A stretch of DNA of 63,670 bases, counting the filler, from Trichomonas gallinae (taxonomy: Eukaryota): assembly GCA_008369845.1 (NCBI GenBank). It is 12 parts of 12 records of this genome, joined end to end, with 100 filler letters (N's around TTAATTAATTAA, not from the genome) between each part and the next. Parts side by side here need not be neighbours in the genome. Positions count along the whole stretch, not along the records: positions 14,000 to 32,196 come from MRSU01001354.1; 11 more parts are not named here. One strand, written 5' to 3'. A program made the translations under genes and the position numbers. How positions within the stretch are numbered: position 1 is the stretch's first letter; each line of letters opens with the position of its first letter. Under the pieces are notes generated by a model. It was given only the letters and a program-made list of their open reading frames with translations. It was not told the DNA's origin and ran no database searches. Positions 19,225 to 30,425 of this stretch are shown here, one piece after another.

Positions 19225-21978
19225 ATGCTCAACAAGCGTCTTTCTGAAGTTATAGAGAACACCACTAATATTAAGAACGACTACTGTGCGGAGATCGGCA
19301 AGCACAAAACTGCAAAGACAAAATATCGCGATGACTCTTTTACACCTAATACTCCAAATAAACCAGAAGACAAATCAATATTTAGCGGTGCTTCGTGGGA
19401 AAGAGCTGAAAAGATATACGAACAATATGCAAATACAGAGATTAAAAATACCGAAATTCATAGAGGTTTACTGAAAGATGATGCTTTGATCGCTGTTTTA
19501 AGTTCTTTATTGACAGATAGTGAGAAGGTTATGCAATGGTTTGAGACGCCGTTCGAATTGGCTACAGGAATCATTTGCGTAAAGATACCTTTCCGTGGCC
19601 AATTCGCTCATGTCGTTGTCGACTCTAAGGTTCCGAAAACAGACGGCAAGCATATATTGTCTAAGCCGGCGAGAGGAGGGTTCCCATGGAGCGCTTACAT
19701 CGAAAAGGCTTTAGCGAAATTGTTAGGATCATTTAGAGCAGTTGAGAAACTTACTGTTAAGGAATTGCTTTACAGCATCTTCAACTATACATCACGCACT
19801 ATAATAAGCTCGAATTTAGACAATCGCATTTTCGAAGATATTACAACACTCATAAAACAGAACAATACTATAGCATTCACTATTGTCGGTGACTGCAAAG
19901 ATTCCAATGAAGCTGGTTTCAGCCCAGAAAACTGCTTCATTGTCAACTCAATAACAAATCAAAACAAAGACTACTACGCATTACTCTACAACCCAGGTGG
20001 CAAGCGCAGATTCGTTTCAACATTTGAAGAACGCTTAGACAGATGGAAGACAGAAGCAAAATTCCCAAAGGTCAGGGATGACGCTTTTGTTATTCGTTCT
20101 GCTGCACTCCAGAAGTACTCTCAATACATACTTTTAGCATCACCAACAGTTAAAAGCCAAAATGAACAATCAATTTCTTCAACAATTTCAGGCGACACGC
20201 AATTCTCTGAAAAACAGTTCAGACTCAAATCAGACAAGTTTGCAAACATATCCTTCATCGTTGAATGCTCGGAAAGCATCCCACACGATGTCATCATTTT
20301 AGAAAACGACCGTTTGAAGACGCACATTGTTTCTGCTGACTCAGTTGAATTCTTCACAGTCCGCACGGACCCAGAAAAGTCTTACACGCTGTTCTTCATG
20401 GCAGACGGCGCATGCACAATTAATGCATCTTTCAACGCCGAATCCGCCTTCACCTGCAGTGAAGAACCATTCGTCAACAACCCTCTGCAGAAGATCGGCT
20501 GCGGATTCCTCACATCCAGCAAACACGACGGAAGAACCCCGGCCCCTCCATCTAACATAGGACACATTCCTCAATGGCGTCTTAAAGTCACAGAGCCATG
20601 CAAGTTGAGCTTCAGAGTCATCAACAAGACATATTGCGACGCTAAGCACTTCTTCTTCCTCGCGCAGACTGGCGGCGAAAAGCTCAGGCAGACTGGCGAA
20701 TTCTTCTACCAGGAGCACGTAATTGAGGGCAACAAGATGGATGGAGAATGGTCTATCGACATCACTGACACTTCAAAGGACTACGTGTTCGGATGCTATA
20801 GATCACAGTGTTCTGTGACTTCTTTCTTCGACTTTGAAATATTGGCCGAGAAGCCGATCGAATTCAAGAAGATTCCAGACATCGACCCAACAATGAACAC
20901 TGCTACAATTCAAGACAAGATCCCGAACTCAAAGAACGATAACCGCTCACCTCTTCCTGGCAATCCAGGCTTAACACGCATCAGACAGTGGGCGCTCAAT
21001 GTTGCATCAGACGCGAAAGTCTTCATCGAGTTCGAGCACGATGACGGGGCTCAGCACACAGTTTGCGTGCAGCAGGGCGAGAAGAGGATGAACCACTTCG
21101 CATCTACTGGTGACCATTTCGTTTTTAACAGCGACTTGAAGTATGACGTCTTCGAGTTCGACGCAAAGCCTGGTATTTACATGATTGCCGTAATCAGATC
21201 ATACATGAAGCTGGCGTCAGAGTTCAAAGTCAACTTCTACTCAAAGGCCGATTTGTCGATCAAACAGGCACCATCTCTTTCTACAGAGAAAGCTCACGTG
21301 TTCAGCAAAGACATCAGATTCGAATCAGATGAAGGAAACGGCTTCTTCCCGCTCGACATCAAAGACACTCCGTCGAAACAGTACTACCTTGTCTGCCCGT
21401 CTCCAGGAACAATTGTCGGAAACATCGAAATCACGAACCAGACACCTGACGGAATTTACTGCATCTACGTCGAAAAGACTGGCGGCAAGAGACTAACTAC
21501 AGGCAACCCAGAGAACGCGAACGAGCACGCTATAGTTAACGGCCAGATGATCAAAGAATGGTTTAACTTTGATGTCGATTGTGATGAAGAGAGTGGAGCT
21601 GTTTTGACATTTGCAGTTTCTCGTAAAGCTCCAGGAAAACGCGCGACAATTTCTGTCAGGTTTTACAGCCAGAAAGGTCTCGCGATTCTTCCGGCTAACG
21701 AGGATATGACAGACGAGCAAGTCGCCGAGGCAGTAAAGAAGGCGAAGGAGGAGATGCAGATCATTTCGGCTTCCACTTCATTGAAGAGAATCCCGAACAC
21801 TTTGTCGTCGAAAGATGTCACAGTCAACAACGAAAACAGTATCAGCAATGACAACGGAACTCAAAATGGCACACAGAACACACAGAATGGAACACAGGCG
21901 ACAACACAAACACAGAACAAAGAAAACGCCAATGCCGGCGGACAAGGACCAAAGTCTACTTGCTGTCTTCTTTTGTAA
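19225..21978 (+). CDS. Calpain-like protein (degenerate catalytic site), several domain-III-like repeats, C-terminal CaaX
   Basis: Y.DDSF.P, W.RA, VVVDSKVP, W.AYIEKALAKLLGSF and LYNPGG. Ends in CCLLL. Confidence 0.85.
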   Translation: MLNKRLSEVIENTTNIKNDYCAEIGKHKTAKTKYRDDSFTPNTPNKPEDKSIFSGASWERAEKIYEQYANTEIKNTEIHRGLLKDDALIAVLSSLLTDSEKVMQWFETPFELATGIICVKIPFRGQFAHVVVDSKVPKTDGKHILSKPARGGFPWSAYIEKALAKLLGSFRAVEKLTVKELLYSIFNYTSRTIISSNLDNRIFEDITTLIKQNNTIAFTIVGDCKDSNEAGFSPENCFIVNSITNQNKDYYALLYNPGGKRRFVSTFEERLDRWKTEAKFPKVRDDAFVIRSAALQKYSQYILLASPTVKSQNEQSISSTISGDTQFSEKQFRLKSDKFANISFIVECSESIPHDVIILENDRLKTHIVSADSVEFFTVRTDPEKSYTLFFMADGACTINASFNAESAFTCSEEPFVNNPLQKIGCGFLTSSKHDGRTPAPPSNIGHIPQWRLKVTEPCKLSFRVINKTYCDAKHFFFLAQTGGEKLRQTGEFFYQEHVIEGNKMDGEWSIDITDTSKDYVFGCYRSQCSVTSFFDFEILAEKPIEFKKIPDIDPTMNTATIQDKIPNSKNDNRSPLPGNPGLTRIRQWALNVASDAKVFIEFEHDDGAQHTVCVQQGEKRMNHFASTGDHFVFNSDLKYDVFEFDAKPGIYMIAVIRSYMKLASEFKVNFYSKADLSIKQAPSLSTEKAHVFSKDIRFESDEGNGFFPLDIKDTPSKQYYLVCPSPGTIVGNIEITNQTPDGIYCIYVEKTGGKRLTTGNPENANEHAIVNGQMIKEWFNFDVDCDEESGAVLTFAVSRKAPGKRATISVRFYSQKGLAILPANEDMTDEQVAEAVKKAKEEMQIISASTSLKRIPNTLSSKDVTVNNENSISNDNGTQNGTQNTQNGTQATTQTQNKENANAGGQGPKSTCCLLL

Positions 21979-22756
21979 TTTTAAATTTATTTATGACGAA
22001 CTTATATAAATATTTTCTTTTCCCCAACGTATTATATTCAATCAATGATATTATCCAATCTGATGAATCGTGAAAGATCTTTCATTGATGATGGATTCAA
22101 ATATTTCTAAAATATTTTCGACTCTATAAACGAAATAGTTTTGGAGCCCCAGAATGCTTTCAGGTAGCAAACTTGTGATTTATATATGAACCACTCCTAT
22201 ATGCGTCGACATGTAAATTAACTAGGCTTTTAATTTATTGGATAATTAGATACTGGAATTTTTTTATATAGATAATCAAAAATTAATATATAAATTTACC
22301 TCGCTATTAACCGAATAATAACTATAAATAAAAAGTTGTAGCTAATATTGCCATATACAATTATATAGCATACTTATAAATGTATATAAATACGTGTGTG
22401 ATCAATACTCAATTCTCACTACATAGCTAGATATTGAAGCAACAAATGAGAAAAAAATTCAATACTATATTTGGTCCGAGAAGAACCTTATTTTGGTATA
22501 TTTGTTATATCTCGAAATCTTGAATTATATTTGCTTAGATATTCTAGCATATGCATATATTTATGTAATATAATCTATCATATAAATTTAGATCAAATTA
22601 CTCTTATAGAAACTAAAAATATCAATATCAAATTTAAAAATATAGTTAATTATGTTTATTTCCATTACAGTTGCATTCTTTGGCTCATTGCTAAAATAAA
22701 TGTAAATAGTATTATATGAAAACTAGTTTTCTTGTGTAAAAAAACTCATTTTTAAA

Positions 22757-24334
22757 ATGTCTGAGGCGTTTTCAAGCTTAATGCAATCACTCAGATCAGA
22801 AAATCCGCTTGAACAGAATAGAACGTCATCCATTCTTGCGGATTTATTCAAACAAATCGAACCAAAAGAAGTTAGAGAAGCAATTTCACAATTCAAGACA
22901 ATTCCAAGGCAATCTCTCGAAATGCAGGCGCAAATTTGTCGAACTTTAGGATATATTGTCGAACAAGCTGGTGGACGTCAATTTTTAAGCGTTTTAATTG
23001 ACGCATTCGATTTTTATCTCGAAACTGATGACGACGACATACGTGAAAAATCTGTTTATTCGGTAGAACAGCTGATGAAAAATGCAAATGACGAAGAAAT
23101 TTCAACTGTTTTCGTTCCTTTCTTCAATAAATTATCAATTGACCAATTTTACGGAAAACGCTCAGCAGCGGCGTCAATGATATGTATGAACTCTAAATAC
23201 ATGTCAGAATCAGTTAATGAGTCATTAATTTCAGTTCTTGATCGATTATCTGAAGATCTCAGCATTGAAGTGCGTAGAGACTTAGCAAAGTCAATGGCAA
23301 ATGCGTTTGCCTCAAAGAAATTCAACTTCGAAAAATTACTCCAAATAACAACAAAACTGGTCAATGATAAAACAATTATTGTTACAAAGCAATTAGCACA
23401 AACTCTCGTGTTTCTAACGAAAGAGGGGCATAACCGGTATGTAGATGACGCTGTAAACACGATTATTGCTAATAAAAAGTTCGAAAATGTTTTATCTATT
23501 CTCAGCAACATCGAAAACATTTACCTGTCGAAGAAAACACAAGAATTTCTCTATTCATTTGCATTTACCGATGAAAATCCATATGTTCGCGCTGAAGCTA
23601 CAAAACAAATAAAATTTATTTCGAATAGCAATGTTTTATCGAACGAAAAGATCGATGAATATATCAGATTACTCGCAAAAGATGCAGATCAGCAGGTACT
23701 TTTTGAATTAGCTAAAAATATCCCAAATATTATCGATTATCACAAGGAATCATGCGAATTTGCACTTTCCATTTTAACATCTTCGTCAAACACAAGGATA
23801 TCTAACCAGGCTTTCGAATCCATTGCTGAAACTGGAGTTGGTGTTGATATTGCAATTAAAAAAATATCAGAAACAAATGTTCATTTCAGAAGGAAGATTT
23901 CTATGGCGAAAGTTATTAGTTTAATGGCAAAAACGCTTGACTTTGGAACGTTTAACACAAGATTATTACCACATATTTATGAATTACTTGAACAAACAAT
24001 AGCTGAGTGCAGGAACCAAGCTGTTAATGCTGTAAAAGATATTACGCATATATATGGCGATGCCTGGTATGTTGAAAACATTGTTAAAAAGCCAATTATT
24101 CAAAATCTTCTCAAAGGAAATTTCCAAGCACGTCAAGTTGCTGTACAGCTTCTTTGTATTGCTAGTGACTATCAACTAGTGTCTGAAATGTTGAAAACTC
24201 TTGCAAATGACAAAACGTCAAATGTCAGACTTCTTCTTGCAAAAGAATGTCCAATTGCATTCAAGGAGATCTTGGACATACTTTCCAAGGATTCTGACCC
24301 AGACGTTTCTTATTTTGCATCGAATAGAAAATAA
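22757..24334 (+). CDS. HEAT-repeat protein, PP2A scaffold A subunit-like
   Basis: L..D....VR HEAT signatures (LSEDLSIEVRR, LANDKTSNVR) and a terminal LSKDSDPDVSYFA typical of PP2A-A. Inr TCATTT at 22746. Confidence 0.75.
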   Translation: MSEAFSSLMQSLRSENPLEQNRTSSILADLFKQIEPKEVREAISQFKTIPRQSLEMQAQICRTLGYIVEQAGGRQFLSVLIDAFDFYLETDDDDIREKSVYSVEQLMKNANDEEISTVFVPFFNKLSIDQFYGKRSAAASMICMNSKYMSESVNESLISVLDRLSEDLSIEVRRDLAKSMANAFASKKFNFEKLLQITTKLVNDKTIIVTKQLAQTLVFLTKEGHNRYVDDAVNTIIANKKFENVLSILSNIENIYLSKKTQEFLYSFAFTDENPYVRAEATKQIKFISNSNVLSNEKIDEYIRLLAKDADQQVLFELAKNIPNIIDYHKESCEFALSILTSSSNTRISNQAFESIAETGVGVDIAIKKISETNVHFRRKISMAKVISLMAKTLDFGTFNTRLLPHIYELLEQTIAECRNQAVNAVKDITHIYGDAWYVENIVKKPIIQNLLKGNFQARQVAVQLLCIASDYQLVSEMLKTLANDKTSNVRLLLAKECPIAFKEILDILSKDSDPDVSYFASNRK

Positions 24335-24907
24335 TTCTGATTTTTGACATGTAAATTAAATTATGACAAATAAAACTGTTTTTTGATATGTAAATTTATC
24401 TTTTTTTGACGTTGACAAAATGATGAAGCAAACATTAAAGCTATATGCTAATAAATCATTTTCTGTCTATATGTTACCATCTATCATGTAACATCTTATA
24501 TTTAATTACCTGATATTAAACTTCTATATTTAATTAGCTATTGAGATTTCTACAGCCAATATATATTAATATCAATAGATTCTAGTACTCCAAAAATTCC
24601 AGCTCATTTGAAATCCTAATATTTTCAATGTATAGTTGCATCAAAAATATGTCACCAGAGGAATAAAAGTTGTTAATATTGCATTAATAAACATACATAA
24701 ATAATGATACTTGCACGACCAATTTTAATTGACCCCGGAAGTCTTTTGATCTTCAAAAATTATTTTCGCAAATAACCATTCCACTAAACAAACAATCCAT
24801 TTAAATGATTATTCATGTTATGATGACAAGTTTTGAATGAAATATATAAGAAATTTTATTATCACAAGAATTAACAATTATAATTATGTGCTACTGTCTA
24901 TAATAAA

Positions 24908-25978
24908 TTATATAGCACCATGAGATCTCAATAAGTTTTTAATCTCATCGTTTCTTGTCAGCATCATTGCAGTTTCTCCTCTCTTAGAACGAGCATTGAC
25001 ATTGATGTTCTTGAGATTAATCAAAAACTTGAAGACATCAACATGATTTTGTAAGCTTACAGCCATTAACGTCGTCCACCCATCGTTGTTGGCTGAGTTG
25101 CAGTCGATGTTAGGAAGTTTTGCAATGAATTCTACTGCTTCAAGATTTCCGTTGTTGCAAAAATGGTAAAAAGCAGTGTAACCAAAACTACTACGCGAGT
25201 TATAGTCTGCACCACTATTAATTAACATTTTTGCAAGCTTGAAATTGTTTTTGAAGGCTGTATAATTCAAGATATCATATGTATTAAAATATTTATCTCT
25301 GTCTTTGACATCAACGTATTTTTCTTTCACAGCATATTCTATTGCGTCTTTATCATCCTCATTTGCACATTTTTGTAACAATTCATAGATATCGTAAAAA
25401 GATTCTCGATTTTTCTTGAATTTTTTCATATTTTGAATATTAACATTCGAAGATACATCCTTTTCGTGCTTAATTCCATCGCGAATTGCAATATTAAAAT
25501 CACCAAATTTATTTTCTAAAGTGTTTAATTCTGTTCTAAGGTTGATAAACTGTTCAGAATATGCTTTATTTTCTTGCATGAGCTTCTGAATTGAATCTTG
25601 ATATGATAACATTCTCAAATTTAATTCATTGATTTCTGTGATGTATTTTTCTGATGCTGCACTTGTTTCTTTCCTCATAATGTACTCCGAGATATTACTG
25701 AATAAGTTCACATTCAACAATCTTGATAACGAATTAAGAATTATTTGATATCCAGTAGGTTCTGATTCGAAATTAACTGTTACATGTGTTAAAATGTCTA
25801 TAATATCTGTTTTTGTGCGGTTTCTGGCAATGTTATTGAATAATGAAACAAAAATCGATGGTGTGATGATTGCAAAGTCCAGCATTAATCCTAATTCTTC
25901 GATTGATCTCGCTTCTATGAATGAGCGCTCATTATAATACATAGAAATGTTTTTACCAGCTAATTCCCATTGTTGCAT
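24908..25978 (-). CDS. Ankyrin-repeat protein with central coiled coil (trichomonad-expanded type)
   Basis: GYTAFYHFC.NGNLEAV, GWTTLMAVS..NH.DV and GETAMM...LLRSHGA. The likely start is MQQWELAG at 25978. Confidence 0.85.
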   Translation of the reverse strand: MQQWELAGKNISMYYNERSFIEARSIEELGLMLDFAIITPSIFVSLFNNIARNRTKTDIIDILTHVTVNFESEPTGYQIILNSLSRLLNVNLFSNISEYIMRKETSAASEKYITEINELNLRMLSYQDSIQKLMQENKAYSEQFINLRTELNTLENKFGDFNIAIRDGIKHEKDVSSNVNIQNMKKFKKNRESFYDIYELLQKCANEDDKDAIEYAVKEKYVDVKDRDKYFNTYDILNYTAFKNNFKLAKMLINSGADYNSRSSFGYTAFYHFCNNGNLEAVEFIAKLPNIDCNSANNDGWTTLMAVSLQNHVDVFKFLINLKNINVNARSKRGETAMMLTRNDEIKNLLRSHGAI

Positions 25979-26360
25979 GATAAAAATATAAAAAAGTGGT
26001 TGAAAATTTATAAAATGTAGCATCTACAAACAGTGCTTTATATAATTAATAATTAAAATCTATAAATATTTTTGACATGTAAATTAAATGCATGGCAAAA
26101 ATATAAGAAATGTAGTTGAAAGTGAAGCAAATAAAATAGTAGTGATGATACTTTGTATGAGTATAAAACTATTACGCTGATCCAAATTTATAATTAACGA
26201 AGGTATATTGATGAATTGAGATCCGAAATTGATTTTTGACATGTAAATAAATACATGACAAAAATAAGAATTGCTATCAAGTTAAAATTGATTGTAAAAT
26301 ATATAAGTATATGATCTGTGTATGCATAGAATACAAAAACTTTTGTTCAATTCGTATTAA

Positions 26361-28328
26361 TTATTCTGCATCTCTTCGAACTTTTCGTTCTAAGTCAATG
26401 AGCTTGGTTGTACGATGTTCTATGCAGTCTTTATATGAATATTTTCTGATGTAAGCTATGTCTCCGTTGACATCTGCTAATATTTTTCCTGCATTGTCCA
26501 AATTATCAGCTGCTGTCTTGAAACTTGTTTTCAATTCCTCCAATTTCGATGATTTTCCTATTGTTTCATCAAATATTAATCCAATATTGATATATGATTT
26601 TAATTCTCTGTAGATTAGATTAAATTTCTCAGCCATTATCGATACATGCTCCCAGTAACTTATTGTATCTTCAATTTTAGACATGTCATTAGAACCTGTT
26701 GAATATTTCTTAAATAATTCGAGCTTTTGGTAAGAACTATAACCAAGTTTCTGCAAGTATTCGTCTAATTTCTTCACTGCTGGAACACAATTTTCGATAC
26801 CTTCAATTTTGGTTGTACCAATTATGCTGTGAGTCATTAAATACTTGAAAGTCGGGGATAAACTCATTGCTTGCTGAGCACCGCGTAATTTATTGACAGT
26901 AATATTATCAAAAATAACCTCATCTTCTTCCTTTTGTTCTTCTTTCGATCTTTGATGAGTTGGAGCCTTAATCATCTTCTCACTTTCACCCATTTGAGCT
27001 GTATTCCATATAGAGTCAGTAATCATCGTGTGTCCAACAACTTGTGCAGAATCAGTTTGAGGAATTGGCTGTTGTTTAGGAACCGGAACATAATCATTAA
27101 CTTTTAAATGAGGAAATGGATTTTCCTCTGGTGTAATCTGATTTAATTCGAAAGTTATATCGGTTAGATTAGAAAACTGATTCATAAATTCAGTTTTTTC
27201 ACCTGGACGATAATTCAAAGGATCTTCATTCTCCCAATAAAATTTGACTGTATCAACGTCTTTAAAAGTGTCTAGCTTCTTGGGAATCAGCTTTGTTGAC
27301 TTCGGTTTCGGTATAAAATTATTAATGATATTGATTTTACGGACAATTGGCTTTGTTATTATTGGAACTGATATTTCTGATGTTGATCTCGATGTCCTCT
27401 TCACATAATCGAATGCAGCATGTGGTAAATCTTCAAGAGAAGATAATAACCTTGTTTCTGTTGCTTTTAGCTTATCTGGATAAAATGTGTTCTCGTCCAT
27501 ATCATATGTATCTGGAAATGTATCCATTGTATTTTTTGCATGCGAAAGAAACATGAATTCATTGTCTCCTGAGTTTAATTTTCTAAATGTTTGAATTAGT
27601 TTTGGCTTTTCTTCTTCAACTTTCTTTTCTTCAACTGTATCTATTGCTTCTGCGAATTCTTTGCGTAAATCTTGTGAAAGCTGTTCTGTTTTGATAGAAT
27701 TAATTCGAATTGCGTGATCAAATATAGATTTTCGTAATTTTCTTGCTTCCATTACAAAGTCATACATTTGTTGCTTACGCATTTTGTCTGTTATATGTTT
27801 TCCCAATAGTTTTGCTTTTGCTTTGCGAACGAATGCAGTAATTGAGTTGTAAAATCGACTTACGAGTATGAAATTCGTGTGTATTTCTCTTAATGGCAGT
27901 TTGTTGATCTCGTTTACTATAGATTGAACTGTTTCTGTGTTTAACCAATATTGTAAATAAGGCTCTTGCGTAACTAGAGAGGTAATATCTGATTTTTCTT
28001 CTTCAGTTTGTTGAGTAGCTTTCTTGCTTTTCATTAATCCTTCGTTTTTCCTTTTCATCATTTCTCGGTCGAAAGCATCAGTATCAACTGAATGCACAAA
28101 GCCATCTTTTTCGAGTTTTTTCAGGTAATCTTGTGTATTAGTTATTGATTCTGATGGTGATGGTGGTCTAATATCGTCTGGATTTTTTATATTCATATTT
28201 GGACATCCATATTGAGCTAATAGGTCATCTTTTGTTCGAGGCGATAGTACAGGAGCAGCATCAAAATGTGCGATTGTCTCTCCACTGATTTCATTAAACT
28301 TTTCCCTGTCAAAGACCAAATCACCCAT
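26361..28328 (-). CDS. Hypothetical protein, partly coiled-coil (655 aa)
   Basis: Long ORF with ATG and protein-like composition; no family recognised. Confidence 0.75.
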   Translation of the reverse strand: MGDLVFDREKFNEISGETIAHFDAAPVLSPRTKDDLLAQYGCPNMNIKNPDDIRPPSPSESITNTQDYLKKLEKDGFVHSVDTDAFDREMMKRKNEGLMKSKKATQQTEEEKSDITSLVTQEPYLQYWLNTETVQSIVNEINKLPLREIHTNFILVSRFYNSITAFVRKAKAKLLGKHITDKMRKQQMYDFVMEARKLRKSIFDHAIRINSIKTEQLSQDLRKEFAEAIDTVEEKKVEEEKPKLIQTFRKLNSGDNEFMFLSHAKNTMDTFPDTYDMDENTFYPDKLKATETRLLSSLEDLPHAAFDYVKRTSRSTSEISVPIITKPIVRKINIINNFIPKPKSTKLIPKKLDTFKDVDTVKFYWENEDPLNYRPGEKTEFMNQFSNLTDITFELNQITPEENPFPHLKVNDYVPVPKQQPIPQTDSAQVVGHTMITDSIWNTAQMGESEKMIKAPTHQRSKEEQKEEDEVIFDNITVNKLRGAQQAMSLSPTFKYLMTHSIIGTTKIEGIENCVPAVKKLDEYLQKLGYSSYQKLELFKKYSTGSNDMSKIEDTISYWEHVSIMAEKFNLIYRELKSYINIGLIFDETIGKSSKLEELKTSFKTAADNLDNAGKILADVNGDIAYIRKYSYKDCIEHRTTKLIDLERKVRRDAE

Positions 28329-29052
28329 TTAAAAAAAATTTGAAAATAACCCTGTGAAAATTTTGTAAGTCGCAGAAAATTTTGTGAATAATTGAAAACT
28401 ATTTCGAACTAATTTCTAGTTTATCTAAATATTTGTTAAAAGCAAAGTATATAAATCAATACGAAATTTGAAAGCATCGCACATAGAAAATTTTTATGGT
28501 CCATTTACTTATAGGGCAATATATAATGAGTAATTTACAAGATTATTGGATTTGTAAATTATTGAAGAGTTTAATGACCATTATTCCTTGTTTATTACTT
28601 TACTTTATTTAACAAAAAAAAATCGTTTCAAGAATTGAGAACTTATTTATTTCTGGGCAAAAAACGTCTCAATTGAGAATAATCATCTAATAAGAATATG
28701 ATAAGTCAGAATATTATGAATAATTCAACCGAATAAAAATTTGACATTTATTTCTGACAATAGTCAAAAATTCCCAAAACAGTAAATGATATTGTTTACA
28801 ATTTCTCTTGTTTGGGATCCAAAAATACATTGTTTCAATATCTAATCATTAGGTAATTTTCAATGGTAATCGATATATTGTTACTAGTATTGTGGTATTT
28901 AAAGCGCATAAAATATGCAGCAATCAGTAAAAAAAGCCAATTTGAGAATTCTAGTTTTGTAAATTTTTACATGACAAAATAGTAAATTTTTGACAAATTG
29001 AACAAAATTGACATTTTTTTTCTGCTTAGATTAATCATTAAATCAAGATTGA

Positions 29053-29985
29053 ACGACTTTAAATCAATGGGATTTTTATTTTGAACCATCAATAGAATAC
29101 ACTACTATATCCAACAATTCAATTCTAAAACTCCCTGACAATTATTTTGTTTTAAATTGTCTATATCAAAACATAAGTAATGAACGTCCTATTACTATAG
29201 ATAGTTACGATAAAAATTACTTTTTATGCTCAGATTCTCAATTTAATCATATTGATTCAGGAGTATTCAACGCTGGTTCAATTTATTGCAAACTCGCAAA
29301 TTCCATAATTGTTCGAATAAGTTCTATTGAATCATCTGTTCAAAAAGGTGGATCGATTGCCTTTGCTCTATTAAATGCAACAGTTGACAAAAATTTTTTC
29401 ATCGAAAACTCTATTGTTAATACGCATAGTTTTAATATCGCTGAAAGCTTCTACCAAGGAAACATGCGCATTAAAAGTGTAAATCATTCCTATATTAATA
29501 GTGAACACTGCGCAACATATGCTTTACATAATTGCAAAACCGCTGAAATCACTTTTTGTCAGACACACCACATCAGATCTTTACTTTTCATAGCATGGCA
29601 GACTGTCGGAAACTATGAAACCAAAAGTAATATTTACCATAATTTATCTATTAATAATCCAAATAATGACTACAGAGGCATTGTTTATGCACATATGTAT
29701 TCGGTATTATTGATTGATAGCACTTGCTTCACCGAAATATTCGGACAAGTTTTATTGAATTGTGAAGCATCATCGAGGATTTTTATATTTCACTGTTATA
29801 TTAATGTAAAAACATCTATGATTTATGGATTGAATGTTTTTGCAAAAGAGAACACTCAACTATTCGATAAATTACATATTTGCATGCTCGACATTAAATG
29901 TCCAACAGTTGATTTTCATAATTATCGTGCAAGCTTTATAAATGTCATACTAGTATCTCCTTTCATCTTTTTGATTGGATATTAA
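29053..29985 (+). CDS. Beta-helix-like surface-family protein whose start codon is ACG (non-AUG start or start-lost pseudogene)
   Basis: The frame is open from 29053 (ACG ACT TTA AAT CAA TGG GAT TTT TAT) through the track ORF 29464..29985. The N-terminal W..(F)Y..NY....C pattern matches the 62384 ORF, and the C-terminus is hydrophobic. Confidence 0.6.
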   Translation, partial: TTLNQWDFYFEPSIEYTTISNNSILKLPDNYFVLNCLYQNISNERPITIDSYDKNYFLCSDSQFNHIDSGVFNAGSIYCKLANSIIVRISSIESSVQKGGSIAFALLNATVDKNFFIENSIVNTHSFNIAESFYQGNMRIKSVNHSYINSEHCATYALHNCKTAEITFCQTHHIRSLLFIAWQTVGNYETKSNIYHNLSINNPNNDYRGIVYAHMYSVLLIDSTCFTEIFGQVLLNCEASSRIFIFHCYINVKTSMIYGLNVFAKENTQLFDKLHICMLDIKCPTVDFHNYRASFINVILVSPFIFLIGY

Positions 29986-30425
29986 CCACTATCATTATGG
30001 TTATGTAGAGTGTATCATAGTCTATATAAAATCATGCTTTTTTCTATCTTTCCTGTTATTGTATTAAATGTTCAAGTATCTTTTCTGTCTACAAAATGTT
30101 TAAAAATTGGTTATACAGCAATATATTAATATTCATTTATACGTATAATCGTATAAATATTTGTATCTAATATATAAAATTATCTTTTTTCTAATGATCA
30201 GATTTGATTTAACAGTCTTGCAAAAATTCATCTTTTATGCGCAGTAACAATAAATATATAAGTATATTTCGTAAAACAATTTTTTTTTATTCAGAAAAAT
30301 AATGTTTAATTGCAATAGTAAGCAACATAGTAAATAACATGAAGAACAAAATTAAGAAATATATTGTTTAAAGCATGAAATGAACATTTATTTAAATTCG
30401 AAATTATAATCAAATGAATGATCTT

